Shown here: in pieces, positions 49,332 through 59,074 of the stretch | Layout: each line of letters starts with the position of its first letter | Position numbering within the stretch: the first letter of the stretch is position 1 | DNA from: an uncultured virus (IMG/VR IMGVR_UViG_3300022602_000089) | Taxonomy: Duplodnaviria; Heunggongvirae; Uroviricota; Caudoviricetes | Virus record (IMG/VR): IMGVR_UViG_3300022602_000089 | Reading direction: 5' to 3' (one strand) | DNA length: 64,000 nucleotides | Position numbers and translations under genes: made by a program | The notes under the pieces: generated by a model | What the model saw: only the letters and a program-made list of their open reading frames with translations | Databases searched by the model: none | What the model was told of the DNA's origin: nothing

Positions 49332-49729
49332 TTAAAAATCATTCCTTTTAATGCTCGTAATGCTTCCGCATGTGCATAAATATGCCGACCTGTATTGGCT
49401 AGATCGTTATTGGCTATCGACGAGCGAAGGGGGTACTGTCCACCCATATCCATACCGATCGCTTGATTTAAAAACAACTTTCCCTGCGCACCCGTCGGTT
49501 CGTCCTCTCCTGCTAAATGTTGCATCACACGACCAGTAAAATTCTCTCGGTTTGCTTCACGAATAGCTATAAGAACCGCCTCTTTTTCCGCTTCATTAAA
49601 GTATTCAGCATCTATTATCTCCCTAAGAAAACTTCCCCATTTACTATCGTAAGAGATCGGTGACCCTATTACAAACTCGTCAGGGTGCGTCTTCATACGC
49701 TCTAATATTATTTCTACTCCACCGTTCAT
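49328..49729 (-). CDS. Hypothetical protein, paralog of 51411-51743
   Basis: NGGVEIILERMKTHPDEF versus SNGVNIVLARMDTHPEEF. Confidence 0.7.
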   Translation of the reverse strand: MNGGVEIILERMKTHPDEFVIGSPISYDSKWGSFLREIIDAEYFNEAEKEAVLIAIREANRENFTGRVMQHLAGEDEPTGAQGKLFLNQAIGMDMGGQYPLRSSIANNDLANTGRHIYAHAEALRALKGMIFK

Positions 49730-50007
49730 TTCTCACTTGCCTTTCTTAGTATTGCTCTAGCAAAATCAAACAAATCACCTGTTTCGTAATAAATTGTTTT
49801 TATTTCCTCATTGGTTAATGTCTTTGCTGGATGGGTGTAGAGTGGTACAACACTTCCAACAGGCTCAGTATTTTTTAAAAATATTGGCACATCTTCTTGC
49901 TTAAATAAAAAAGTAGCAGGTTTACCTTCGTAGTACCCAATCCAACCAGCGGGATTTGCGGACTGCTCTATCATTTCTTTCAGCATATCTATGCGTTCTT
50001 GACTCAT
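49726..50007 (-). CDS. Small modular-family protein
   Basis: PLYTHP, LTNEEI and FARAILRKASEK. Confidence 0.7.
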   Translation of the reverse strand: MSQERIDMLKEMIEQSANPAGWIGYYEGKPATFLFKQEDVPIFLKNTEPVGSVVPLYTHPAKTLTNEEIKTIYYETGDLFDFARAILRKASEK

Positions 50008-50282
50008 TTCTCTTGTGCCTTTCTTAGTATTGCCAAGTCTCTTGCAACCAAAAACTCATTTAAACGGTCTTGTAATTGTTCTATTTCAGCTTCTAATGCT
50101 ACGGCTCTTCGATGTTGTTCTTCCGCAAAGTTTTGAATAAATCTATTTGCGTTTTTTAAATCTTCTATTTCTTGGGCTTGTTGACGTAGCAAAGGTGCTA
50201 CAAATTGTAGTGTTTCCCAACCAATTGATGTATGGTTTTGGTTCATTTGCTCAAGCCTGTTAATTAGGTCATTTAAAGTCAT
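50004..50282 (-). CDS. Small modular-family protein
   Basis: MTLNDL, LRQQAQEIE and AILRKAQEK. Confidence 0.7.
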   Translation of the reverse strand: MTLNDLINRLEQMNQNHTSIGWETLQFVAPLLRQQAQEIEDLKNANRFIQNFAEEQHRRAVALEAEIEQLQDRLNEFLVARDLAILRKAQEK

Positions 50283-50896
50283 TCCCCCCTCGCTTTCTTT
50301 ATTTCACGATATTGTTTTAGTTTTACTTTTACATTTAAAATTCTAAGGATTGCTCTTTCAATTGTGTCATTCCATTGCGATGGGTCATAATCAGGTTCAG
50401 CAGGTGCAATTAACTCTTGAACTTCTTTTATACATAAATCAATTATTTCCTCATCAGTAAGTTCACGCATTGGGTGGTCATACAATGCAGTATAGTTAGG
50501 ATGTTTTAGTGCATCAGAACTACAGGTTGTAGTAAACTCAGGTTTATCAAAACCATCAATTTTTACCATCATGGCAACAGGCTTTTGATTAAAGAATGGC
50601 TTGGTGTAAAGAAACTCTCCCTTCTCTCTCGTTTGCCAATCGCTCCCTGAGCCTGAGTCAATATACATATATCCATATCCATCAAAGTCATAACGCATTG
50701 CCACTGGTTCAATTGGGTGTGATTGGGTGTCAGAATGGGTGATGGCTAATTGCTTTAAATACAACTGACGAGTTTCTTCTAAGCGTTCTTTTAACTCTTC
50801 AATTTCTTTGGCTTGTTGACGTAGCATGGCAGAAACTTGTTTACTTTGAGCACAACAAGACCATTCATTTAAATCTGCTAGTTCATTTGCGGTCAT
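50279..50896 (-). CDS. Modular-family protein
   Basis: MTANELAD, MLRQQAKEIE, two PVAM..LY modules, LTDEEI. Confidence 0.7.
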   Translation of the reverse strand: MTANELADLNEWSCCAQSKQVSAMLRQQAKEIEELKERLEETRQLYLKQLAITHSDTQSHPIEPVAMRYDFDGYGYMYIDSGSGSDWQTREKGEFLYTKPFFNQKPVAMMVKIDGFDKPEFTTTCSSDALKHPNYTALYDHPMRELTDEEIIDLCIKEVQELIAPAEPDYDPSQWNDTIERAILRILNVKVKLKQYREIKKARGE

Positions 50897-51210
50897 TTCT
50901 CACTCGCTTTCTTTATAAGGTCTTTAACCTCACCCATTGATTTTTTAATATGGGCATCGTAGGCTCGTTCCATCATTTCAATCTTTTCTTTATATGGTTT
51001 CAACACTTCTATTTCTTCTTTCAACAAACTAATTTCTTCTCGTAATACACCAATCATATGTCCTGCTTCAGTCAATTCAGCTTCTTGTTGGCGTAGCATA
51101 ATGGCTGATTCTCGGTAAAGAATAATAGCCCTACCTGCTTGCTCAGTTTCTTTACCCAATAATCTAATACTTACACTTTCTAACTTATCTATTAATTCAT
51201 TTGCTGTCAT
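50893..51210 (-). CDS. Small modular-family protein
   Basis: MTANELID, MLRQQEAE and IKKASEK. Confidence 0.7.
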   Translation of the reverse strand: MTANELIDKLESVSIRLLGKETEQAGRAIILYRESAIMLRQQEAELTEAGHMIGVLREEISLLKEEIEVLKPYKEKIEMMERAYDAHIKKSMGEVKDLIKKASEK

Positions 51211-51374
51211 TTCTCAATCCCCTTCTTGCCTTCATAAGCACGTTGGCTCTGTCTGTTTAAACAATGTATGCACTTCCAAATCCTTACCTTTCTGTTCGAT
51301 GTATTCACCAATGAAACTTCACTTGCTGGTCGATATTGTGTACACGCAGAACAGTATTTTTTATCCTCACTCAT
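51207..51374 (-). CDS. 55-aa zinc-finger protein (not in the ORF track)
   Basis: MSEDKKYCSACTQYR...WKCIHCLNR...GIEK; two CxxC; ATGA coupling. Confidence 0.7.
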   Translation of the reverse strand: MSEDKKYCSACTQYRPASEVSLVNTSNRKVRIWKCIHCLNRQSQRAYEGKKGIEK

Positions 51375-51410
51375 TTCTTTACCTTCAACCTAGTGTTATA
51401 TTTAACTGAA

Positions 51411-51743
51411 CTACCATTTGATTAAATTTTTACGTTTTATTGGCGCACTTCCAAAAGGTAAATTATCTTCCTCGTCATCGTCGTCCTCGTCCTCGTCCTC
51501 GTCCTCATCTTCTTTTTCGATCAGCGTTCGGAATACCATGTTATTAAATTCTTCCATGCGAATCTGTTTAATCTTCTCAAAAATCTGCCCCTTCTGCACT
51601 TCAGTCATGGCATCTCTAAAATATTCTTTATAGATGAATCGCCACTTCTCGCTATCGCCCCAAAATTCTTCGGGGTGCGTATCCATCCTAGCCAATACAA
51701 TGTTTACTCCGTTGCTAATATCGATTTGTTTTTCTTCGCTCAT
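51411..51743 (-). CDS. Hypothetical protein with acidic tract
   Basis: EDEDEDEDEDDDDEED; paralog of 49328-49729. Confidence 0.7.
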   Translation of the reverse strand: MSEEKQIDISNGVNIVLARMDTHPEEFWGDSEKWRFIYKEYFRDAMTEVQKGQIFEKIKQIRMEEFNNMVFRTLIEKEDEDEDEDEDDDDEEDNLPFGSAPIKRKNLIKW

Positions 51744-51777
51744 TTTAAAATCCTTAAATAGTGTGGTGTATAGTTAC

Positions 51778-51812
51778 AAAAAAGGGGAGCGAGGCATAGC
51801 CTTACCCCCCCC
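51778..51812 (-). terminator. Possible terminator
   Basis: Interrupted GC hairpin (GGGG..AGGC-TAT-GCCT..CCCC) followed by T-run on the minus strand. Confidence 0.45.
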
Positions 51813-51818
51813 TATAAA

Positions 51819-52151
51819 TTAATTACGCTTTAACTGAGAATAAAAACTACGCAGATTAGATGGTAAGCGGTCTTCATCGTAAACACTAAAACGATGTAAA
51901 ATAATAGCCCTTAATGCTTGCTTGTGTTCTACATCTGCATTGACATACTCCATCTGTAAGTTTTCTAAATCACGAACCATTCCATCGTTGTATTGCTCGC
52001 TCTCTTTGAATACTTTATTTTCTACTGCTCGGTACTTTGGCGCAAAGAAGTTATAGCTTGCTAAGTCAAATAAATTTAGCCCTGTGCTAAGTGCAAGTAA
52101 TAAAAACAAAGAAACGATTAGAGTAATAAGTCCTATAAAAAACTCTTTCAT
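51819..52151 (-). CDS. N-terminally membrane-anchored protein
   Basis: Hydrophobic N-terminus; FFAPKY and VF.ES.QY..G motifs; SD AGGAGG. Confidence 0.7.
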   Translation of the reverse strand: MKEFFIGLITLIVSLFLLLALSTGLNLFDLASYNFFAPKYRAVENKVFKESEQYNDGMVRDLENLQMEYVNADVEHKQALRAIILHRFSVYDEDRLPSNLRSFYSQLKRN

Positions 52152-52152
52152 G

Positions 52153-52641
52153 TTAACCTCCTAATGGAATTGGTGAAACAATGATGCGTGGCTCGATATA
52201 AACGACTCTCGCTTTACCACTCTTAGGGTCTACACATTGAACCCATGTGCCTTCGGCATTCGCTGGAGAATAAAGTCCATTAGGGTCTGCTTGTGGCAAA
52301 AGACTCCAATGCCCTACTTCGTCGTTTTGCATCGCTTGTGGATTAGTGTATTGAGTCGCATAAGGTAAGCCGTAACCCACCGAATTACATAACTTATGAA
52401 GTTCTCCATTCATACCAACAATGTAAGTAGTCGTAGCAACGTCTTGGTCTCGTATCTCAAGAATATCCTTCATCATGCGTTTCTCAGCGAAGTTCACAAT
52501 CGAAGGCATACCTACTTGTTGCACTGCTTGTAGACTTAATTCTTCTTGTTTACGACGCTCGATTTTTGCTGAAGACTCAGGCATTGGTTGACAAGCAGTA
52601 AGGACACCACTCGCTATCATTAATGCGATAATCTTTTTCAT
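52153..52641 (-). CDS. Lipoprotein
   Basis: Signal peptide MKKIIALMIASGV with lipobox LTAC; GYGLPYATQYTNP and QADPNGLY. Confidence 0.75.
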   Translation of the reverse strand: MKKIIALMIASGVLTACQPMPESSAKIERRKQEELSLQAVQQVGMPSIVNFAEKRMMKDILEIRDQDVATTTYIVGMNGELHKLCNSVGYGLPYATQYTNPQAMQNDEVGHWSLLPQADPNGLYSPANAEGTWVQCVDPKSGKARVVYIEPRIIVSPIPLGG

Positions 52642-52642
52642 A

Positions 52643-53071
52643 TTACTTCTCCAAGTTAAAAACTGCACGATTTAAATACCATTGGGCTTTCTTTAGGTTC
52701 TCTAATCTATCCCCTTTATGGTCTGCCCTAGTAATATATTTGACGACGTTACCGAGATGGTAGTCTAACTGTTTCGCTTCGATGAAGTCGATAGTCTCAA
52801 TGCCACCTGTTGTATAGTGCGGTGGGTGGTTGATGTTATCGTTTGTAAAAACTTCATGCAAATGAATCTCGCCATTATCACGAATTTGTATGAGGGGCAT
52901 TTCATTTAAAGTTCCACTACGTTGTGGAGTCTTGTTTAAGTTTCTTATCTTAGACATAATCGTATAGACATAACCAATTTCAATCTTCAACTTCTTAGCT
53001 ATCTCAGGGGCTTTTATATTAGGTCGTTCTTGCATTAACTTCTTTACTGCTTCGGTTTTACTAACTTTCAT
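52643..53071 (-). CDS. HTH plus DUF3310 (SaV-like) protein
   Basis: EIAKKL...YVY HTH; INHPPHY..GGIE.ID, GNVVKY..R and LKKA.WYL motifs. Confidence 0.85.
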   Translation of the reverse strand: MKVSKTEAVKKLMQERPNIKAPEIAKKLKIEIGYVYTIMSKIRNLNKTPQRSGTLNEMPLIQIRDNGEIHLHEVFTNDNINHPPHYTTGGIETIDFIEAKQLDYHLGNVVKYITRADHKGDRLENLKKAQWYLNRAVFNLEK

Positions 53072-53273
53072 TTACTTCTCCTTTAAGGGTTACTGCGGTT
53101 ATGCCCATATTGGGCGGTTCTTTTTCGTCACGCACTTTTAGCATCATGTCAGCCAACTCGTAAGAAGCAACTGCTAGTCCTCTCTCACTAAATTGTTTTT
53201 TACCTGACATATAGCCGTTCATAGCAAAGCACGCAATCAAATCTCTTAAATACTCTTTATCTTTATTTTCCAT
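53061..53273 (-). CDS. Small phage protein
   Basis: LRD..A..AM.G and SY.LAD.ML..R motifs. Confidence 0.7.
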   Translation of the reverse strand: MENKDKEYLRDLIACFAMNGYMSGKKQFSERGLAVASYELADMMLKVRDEKEPPNMGITAVTLKGEVNES

Positions 53274-53288
53274 ATTGAAGCCAGTTAT

Positions 53289-53594
53289 TTAGCATCTCCC
53301 ATCATCTATATCATTAAATAAACCATCTAGCATCGTGTCAATATTATTCTCATCGACCACAACTGCCGTTCCACCATTACGTTGAATGTTCTTCATGTGT
53401 TCAGCCTGTAATGCCGTAGGCTTATTCCCATTAGATTTACACTCTATGCCGTAAAACTTTCCTTGATAACAAACAAGTATGTCAGGCACACCATTCGCAC
53501 CATATCCAGCGGTAAACGGCATTGTGTAATAGATTCCTCTAGCGGCTAAATAGTCTTTAACTTTCTTCTTTACTTTAGCTTCAGGTGTTGCCAT
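53289..53594 (-). CDS. VRR-NUC nuclease
   Basis: PE..VK, GVPD, IECK and PT.LQ motifs. Confidence 0.9.
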   Translation of the reverse strand: MATPEAKVKKKVKDYLAARGIYYTMPFTAGYGANGVPDILVCYQGKFYGIECKSNGNKPTALQAEHMKNIQRNGGTAVVVDENNIDTMLDGLFNDIDDGRC

Positions 53595-54000
53595 TATCTT
53601 CTCCTCTTAGTTTCATTAGTAATGAATATGGCAACACGACAACGAACCAACTATCGCTCGCTTGCCAGCCAACATTTGCCAACTCATTATTCCTCATTAA
53701 CATAAGATTTAAATGTGATATCTCGTCATCACGAACTAACTCATGGTCACTTGCAAGTATCATAGCCATCTTACTTTTAACTTCATCAGGCAAAGTCTTT
53801 TCATCGAACTCTCTGGTATAACCGTCAGCGACATACATCGTGTAATGATCTTTTTCTTTACGCAAAGGTACACGATATAAGTCCCATTTATATGGGTGAA
53901 CAATCGGGCTAAGATTATTTATTACCAAGTTAATTCGATGAGGGACTGGACTGATGTTAAGTATTTTCATAGTGTTGGCAAACATGGAACGAATGTCCAA
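53581..54000 (-). CDS. Hypothetical protein (start uncertain)
   Basis: In-operon ORF. Confidence 0.6.
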   Translation of the reverse strand: MDIRSMFANTMKILNISPVPHRINLVINNLSPIVHPYKWDLYRVPLRKEKDHYTMYVADGYTREFDEKTLPDEVKSKMAMILASDHELVRDDEISHLNLMLMRNNELANVGWQASDSWFVVVLPYSLLMKLRGEDNGNT

Positions 54001-54908
54001 ACAAAGTCATACACGCTTGGGTGGGCATTATTTATTTGGATGATATCAAGGTCATTTAACAGTCCACTATGGGGTGGAATTAAATTTGCGTGGTATATAG
54101 TATGTCGCCCTTGTTGCTCGTGATATACCTTCTGCATAAGCATGATGGGTTGTAAGTGTTCGTGTTTGTATAAGTTTTTAACTCTAACAAACGGTTCAAC
54201 TATATTAAATTTAAACCCCGACACATCATCTCCAATATGTTTAATTTTACCTACAACTAATTGTCCAAACCCATCAGCACCAATAGCATAAAAGCCACCA
54301 CCAAAAAATCTTTTTATGTCTGCTTTTGCAGTTTCTTTTATTTTATCTAGTTTATTATATTTGTCAAGTATTGTTTTACATTCAGCTAAAATATTTAACT
54401 CAGTAGTTTCCCCTAGTGCATACTTTAATAAGGTGTGTACTTTGTCTACACTTAACGCATCGTCCTTATAAGAACGACCGTGTGAACTTTCTAATGTATG
54501 TACTGCACTAAAAAATGATGCTCTGTAAAAGTGTAAAATTTGTTCTTCATTAGGTATGATGCTATTACGCTTGATTGTTGCTATCAATGTAGATAACTTC
54601 TTACTAAAGAAAGTTTCTTTATCTTCTCTGCTATGCCCTCTATCCTTAATGAAGTAAGGCGAACGAAAATAATATGTTAGGTTTTTACCTGTATCCTCAG
54701 TCCACGCTCTCGCCACCACAAATGTGCCTGTTGCATCGGTAAGAACAATCTCCTGTGGTCGTCGGGTATACATCTCGCCTTTCTGTTCTAACGCTAATAC
54801 TTTTAGCCCAAACTTAAAATTTAGTTCGTATATTAATTTCTTTACTGGTGTGCTTTCAATAGCGTCTATAACATATTGCTCAGTTAATCCATCGATTGCG
54901 TATTTCAT
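53967..54908 (-). CDS. Hypothetical protein
   Basis: 313 aa; SD AAGGAG. Confidence 0.75.
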   Translation of the reverse strand: MKYAIDGLTEQYVIDAIESTPVKKLIYELNFKFGLKVLALEQKGEMYTRRPQEIVLTDATGTFVVARAWTEDTGKNLTYYFRSPYFIKDRGHSREDKETFFSKKLSTLIATIKRNSIIPNEEQILHFYRASFFSAVHTLESSHGRSYKDDALSVDKVHTLLKYALGETTELNILAECKTILDKYNKLDKIKETAKADIKRFFGGGFYAIGADGFGQLVVGKIKHIGDDVSGFKFNIVEPFVRVKNLYKHEHLQPIMLMQKVYHEQQGRHTIYHANLIPPHSGLLNDLDIIQINNAHPSVYDFVWTFVPCLPTL

Positions 54909-54909
54909 T

Positions 54910-55251
54910 TCACTTCTCCTTCATTAAAATTTTCGTTAATAAAATATATAACTCTTCATCGTTGAGATACCCATACACGTCCTTGTTGAGATACCCATAC
55001 ACGTCCTTGTTGTTAGAGTCTACTAATTCATACCACAACTTATTATCTTTCATGGGACAAACTTCATATAAACCTGAGTCCTCATTAGAATAAAACAAAT
55101 TACCCATAACTACACTAGCACCGTATCCATTAGGAAACTTATACCTAACACGTCGAGCAATATAGTCAGTAATACGTATTAGGCTTTTGTCTACCTTGTC
55201 CGAAATAATGTATTCCTTGTAGGGCATATCTACTTTTTCTATCTCGATCAT
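54910..55251 (-). CDS. Hypothetical phage protein
   Basis: F.NGYGASVV, LYEV and DV.GYL motifs; SD AGGAG. Confidence 0.75.
   Translation of the reverse strand: MIEIEKVDMPYKEYIISDKVDKSLIRITDYIARRVRYKFPNGYGASVVMGNLFYSNEDSGLYEVCPMKDNKLWYELVDSNNKDVYGYLNKDVYGYLNDEELYILLTKILMKEK
54961..55012. repeat. Perfect 24-bp tandem duplication
   Basis: GTTGAGATACCCATACACGTCCTT twice; NKDVYGYL twice in the protein. Confidence 0.95.
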
Positions 55252-55259
55252 AATTCTCC

Positions 55260-56303
55260 TTAATATTGTTCAACTTCTTTGCCGTCAACTGTGATAGTCA
55301 AACCCCACTCGCTTTGAGGGAAACGCTTACCCATCGTATACTCTACAGGTTTCATCACCTCGTCATGCCGTTTGTATAATTCTTTATTCAGCTTACGTTT
55401 AATACTAGAGTAAATATACATCGGGTCAATCTCCGCATTTCCATACGCACTTGCATACCCATTATCTAAGGTAGATGATCTTACACGACGATACATATTG
55501 CCAATATCATGTGCGACTGCAAATGCCAACGCTGAGTCTAGTGGTGCTACGTTGATATTCTTGTCTGCCCATGCGATCATATTATCTTTAGTTTCTTTAC
55601 TCAGATAAAAGTTAATTAGTTCATCTTGGTTTGCTAATGACTTTACAGTATCTACCGCAGTATCCATTAGCGTTTTCCAATCTATTGTTTTAAACATTAC
55701 CTCGTTGATTTTATAAAAATCTGCATACTTACTAAGAAACTGCTTCGCATCTTTACGATTGACACGCTTACCAGTTACCTTATAGATAGAAGATTCATGG
55801 GGCATCATAGTATCTAAGTTAACCCGCATACCTTTGAAGATTGGGTGAAAAATATCATTCATTCCTTCCTTATATACCATTCCACCATAACGTGAACTGC
55901 GAAAGAACCATCCTCTACTCCATCTACTCATCAATATATTATCTCCTTGCCCATAGTATTCGCTTGTAAATTCAAACGTGTTGTCTGAACGAATAATACC
56001 TAATTCACGAGGAAAATGAATATAGCTTACATACTTTTTGGTTTCATCTTTTTCCCAATCACGCAGAAAAATATTTTGTTTTTTATTGTTTTGGTCTTTT
56101 TTATATTCTTCCTCTGTGCGGAAAACTTCTTGGTATCTGTAACCATACGTCACAACATAAACAGTTTCATCACCTCGTTCTTCAACATAAAAACATTTAG
56201 TATTATGTTTCCTATCCGCAATTGGATATCTATTTGTTGTGCCACGATACGGCATTTGAGTATTTTTAATCTCGGTAAGTCTATCCCAATGTAATGCTCT
56301 CAT
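55260..56303 (-). CDS. Hypothetical protein
   Basis: 347 aa; SD AAGGAG. Confidence 0.75.
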   Translation of the reverse strand: MRALHWDRLTEIKNTQMPYRGTTNRYPIADRKHNTKCFYVEERGDETVYVVTYGYRYQEVFRTEEEYKKDQNNKKQNIFLRDWEKDETKKYVSYIHFPRELGIIRSDNTFEFTSEYYGQGDNILMSRWSRGWFFRSSRYGGMVYKEGMNDIFHPIFKGMRVNLDTMMPHESSIYKVTGKRVNRKDAKQFLSKYADFYKINEVMFKTIDWKTLMDTAVDTVKSLANQDELINFYLSKETKDNMIAWADKNINVAPLDSALAFAVAHDIGNMYRRVRSSTLDNGYASAYGNAEIDPMYIYSSIKRKLNKELYKRHDEVMKPVEYTMGKRFPQSEWGLTITVDGKEVEQY

Positions 56304-56304
56304 T

Positions 56305-56517
56305 TCACTTCTCCTTGTCTAATAAAGTTAATACTGCTTTCCATAGGTTTACTTCTTCTTTACTACTATTCTCGTTAACTACTCTCTCCAACGCATAGAT
56401 GTGTGCCATGTCCCCATGCGTTTGTATCAACAACTCTGCTATGTCGTGCGAAAATTTAGGATTACTCGCATCAGTGCTATACCATTTTTCATACCGTTTT
56501 TCTTTTTCATCAGTCAT
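56305..56517 (-). CDS. Hypothetical protein
   Basis: Overlaps the VWA gene end. Confidence 0.6.
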   Translation of the reverse strand: MTDEKEKRYEKWYSTDASNPKFSHDIAELLIQTHGDMAHIYALERVVNENSSKEEVNLWKAVLTLLDKEK

Positions 56518-57793
56518 CCTTTACCATGACTTTCTTACCTGATGGGACTTGTAATGATTTATTCTCAGTAATCATCCACAGGGTAGGGGAAGCGATTGTC
56601 CACTCGATATCATTTTCCACATATCCGTCAGTAAACACGATGACACATTCTGCGTTAATCTTCTTCTGATTGATGTACTTGTTTACACATGAGACCCTAG
56701 TACCGCCACCGCCTAATGGTTTCAATAGCGATGCAATATCTTGGTAATGTTCAGGTTTAAAGTATTGTTCACCATGCACATCGTAATCCCACCATATAAC
56801 TCTTACCGCTTCGGGCGACACCACTTCTACAATCGAAGCCAGTTCCGTAGCAAATTCAGTCAATTCTTTGATACCGATTGAACCTGATGTATCTATCGCA
56901 ACTACTACCTCACCGATTGATTCGTTCTCCATGCTTGGTAAGTAAATGTCATTAGCCATGTGACGCTTATTCATCTTGCGCCATGTGTATTCATCGTTCC
57001 CCTTAGTAGTGGAAGCAACAAATTCTCGCAACACTTCTCGCCAATCTATCTTCGGCTCAAGCAAGTCACTAATCTGTCTAGGCATCTTGCCACCCATGCG
57101 ACCAGCCAACATACCGCCTTCACGCAAAGCCCTATCGATCTTGTCACCCAGCTCTTTACGTTCGTCATCGCTTAGACCTTCAACATACGATTCCCAGTCA
57201 TGCTCATCGAACCCATCGCCACTCATGTCATACTCTTTGCCATTGGCTTTGATCTTGCCATCTCCCGTTCCACCCCCCTGTGGATTGTTAGGCTTACCAC
57301 TTGATCCACTTGGTTGTTTTTGTCGTTGAGGGTTCTCCTTACGGATATAGTTATAGACCTCACGCATCGACCAATTATGAAAGAACGGATCGTACAATGC
57401 ACCATCAGGTAGTTCAACGATAGCCTCGTTACTGTTTGCTATTCTTCCTTTAATATTCTTTATAATGTCATTCACTACAAAGTCCGCCGCCATGTTGGAT
57501 ATCTGCTTATCTTCCTTAAACATATCCTTCCCTCTTGGAATCTGTTTTAATGCAACGTGCAAATTCTCATGCAATACTAAGCCACGCAACTTTGCTTCTT
57601 CTTTGATTTCCTCTATGAATGGTTTAGAATATCTCTTGTTCATGCCATCGGTATAAGCCGTAAACTCTTTATCGATTACTTCGGACTTACCCATCAACAT
57701 CACACCGCTATACAACGCAGTATCGTTGTGTTTCATTAAAGCGATATGTGCTTTCTTCAACCGTATTTCTTGTTTGTGCATCGTCATATCCAT
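56510..57793 (-). CDS. Metallopeptidase-VWA protein (DUF2201-like)
   Basis: TAYTDG, LHENLH, N.AAD..VN, MIDAS DTSGS, GGGGT and FTDG; ATG at 57793 follows SD AGGAG. Confidence 0.85.
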   Translation of the reverse strand: MDMTMHKQEIRLKKAHIALMKHNDTALYSGVMLMGKSEVIDKEFTAYTDGMNKRYSKPFIEEIKEEAKLRGLVLHENLHVALKQIPRGKDMFKEDKQISNMAADFVVNDIIKNIKGRIANSNEAIVELPDGALYDPFFHNWSMREVYNYIRKENPQRQKQPSGSSGKPNNPQGGGTGDGKIKANGKEYDMSGDGFDEHDWESYVEGLSDDERKELGDKIDRALREGGMLAGRMGGKMPRQISDLLEPKIDWREVLREFVASTTKGNDEYTWRKMNKRHMANDIYLPSMENESIGEVVVAIDTSGSIGIKELTEFATELASIVEVVSPEAVRVIWWDYDVHGEQYFKPEHYQDIASLLKPLGGGGTRVSCVNKYINQKKINAECVIVFTDGYVENDIEWTIASPTLWMITENKSLQVPSGKKVMVKDD

Positions 57794-57794
57794 G

Positions 57795-57989
57795 TCACTT
57801 CTCCTGTACAATGATTTCAATAGAGTCGCCGTTGTCAACGACTCTTGCCCTACCGTCTGCTACTTGTTTCAGCCTGAATACTGTAAACTGTTTGAACTCC
57901 TCTGCCTTGTATAATGCCCTTTGCCATAAGACAGTCATAACTATCCCCCATATTATTAAAACTATTTCGCTTGGTGTTATCGTAATCAT
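57795..57989 (-). CDS. Small membrane protein
   Basis: SD AAGGAG; single hydrophobic segment. Confidence 0.6.
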   Translation of the reverse strand: MITITPSEIVLIIWGIVMTVLWQRALYKAEEFKQFTVFRLKQVADGRARVVDNGDSIEIIVQEK

Positions 57990-58000
57990 TCTTCTTCTCC

Positions 58001-59074
58001 TTAAAATAATTCATGGTTGTTCTTAGCCCACTCTGCGATAGTCGCATTGTTTCTAGCCAGCTTAATTGCCTTCGCATTACGCATCATCATAGTAAAGAAT
58101 ACGGCTTGGACTTCTGAACTAGGAATCTTATTAACGAACTGCATAAATTTAGTCAACTCGTCTTGCGTATCCAACACATCTACTGCTTGAAACATAATCA
58201 TTAACTGTGCAGATATCTCGTCAGGTATTTTTACTGACTCTGGAGCTTTGATAATGTCTTTCACATCGATTAGTGTTTTCTCTAGTGATAAGAAAGCCGA
58301 CATATCAGCAGATGCAGATTGACCGATAGTGCCAGCCAATGCGACCATCGTAGCGTTCTCACCTAAGATATCTCTATGCTTCACAATCACATCGCACTTT
58401 GCTAAGGAACGAGGAGAGCAGAATGATAATGAAGTCATGTTAGGTTTAAAAATGTATGGGTTATCATCTTGATTACCTTCTCTGTATGATGCAAGGACTC
58501 TTGGGAACAACGCAACGAAAGCACGAACAACACGAGAAACACCATTAGCCGATGCCCATTGAAGCCAGTCATTTGCATTTGGTTTACTCATTTCAATCTT
58601 ACATACACGATTACCAGCATGGGCTAACATCGAATCGCCTACACCGTCTGACGCATTGTTTGATGTAGCGAAAACCATGCTTCCACTAGGTAGTGGACGA
58701 TCACCTACCATTCTTTCCAACATCAAGCGAGTAAAGATTACTTGCAATAACTTTGGTGCTTTCATAAACTCATCGAGTAGAATAACTTTAGGTCTTGGAT
58801 CATTGAGGCAGAACAGCGAGGACACATAATATTCTAATGTCTGAGTAGCATGGTTCGGGATTGTCATACCTATGTCTGACATATCTTTTACGGGACAGTC
58901 AACATAGATGTATTGGTAGGCATCGCCAAGATCAGATTCAATCATTTTTAATAGGCTAGTCTTACCGCAACCTGGCTCGCTTGTTATAACAACTGTCAGG
59001 TCTTTACTTACTACGGGAATTAATGTTCTTAGTTCATTGATAGATACTGTTGGGATAAAATTCAGCTTACTCAT
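58001..59074 (-). CDS. MoxR-like AAA+ ATPase
   Basis: PGCGKT, LLDEF, ATSN, NR and SPRS motifs; next to the VWA gene. Confidence 0.85.
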   Translation of the reverse strand: MSKLNFIPTVSINELRTLIPVVSKDLTVVITSEPGCGKTSLLKMIESDLGDAYQYIYVDCPVKDMSDIGMTIPNHATQTLEYYVSSLFCLNDPRPKVILLDEFMKAPKLLQVIFTRLMLERMVGDRPLPSGSMVFATSNNASDGVGDSMLAHAGNRVCKIEMSKPNANDWLQWASANGVSRVVRAFVALFPRVLASYREGNQDDNPYIFKPNMTSLSFCSPRSLAKCDVIVKHRDILGENATMVALAGTIGQSASADMSAFLSLEKTLIDVKDIIKAPESVKIPDEISAQLMIMFQAVDVLDTQDELTKFMQFVNKIPSSEVQAVFFTMMMRNAKAIKLARNNATIAEWAKNNHELF

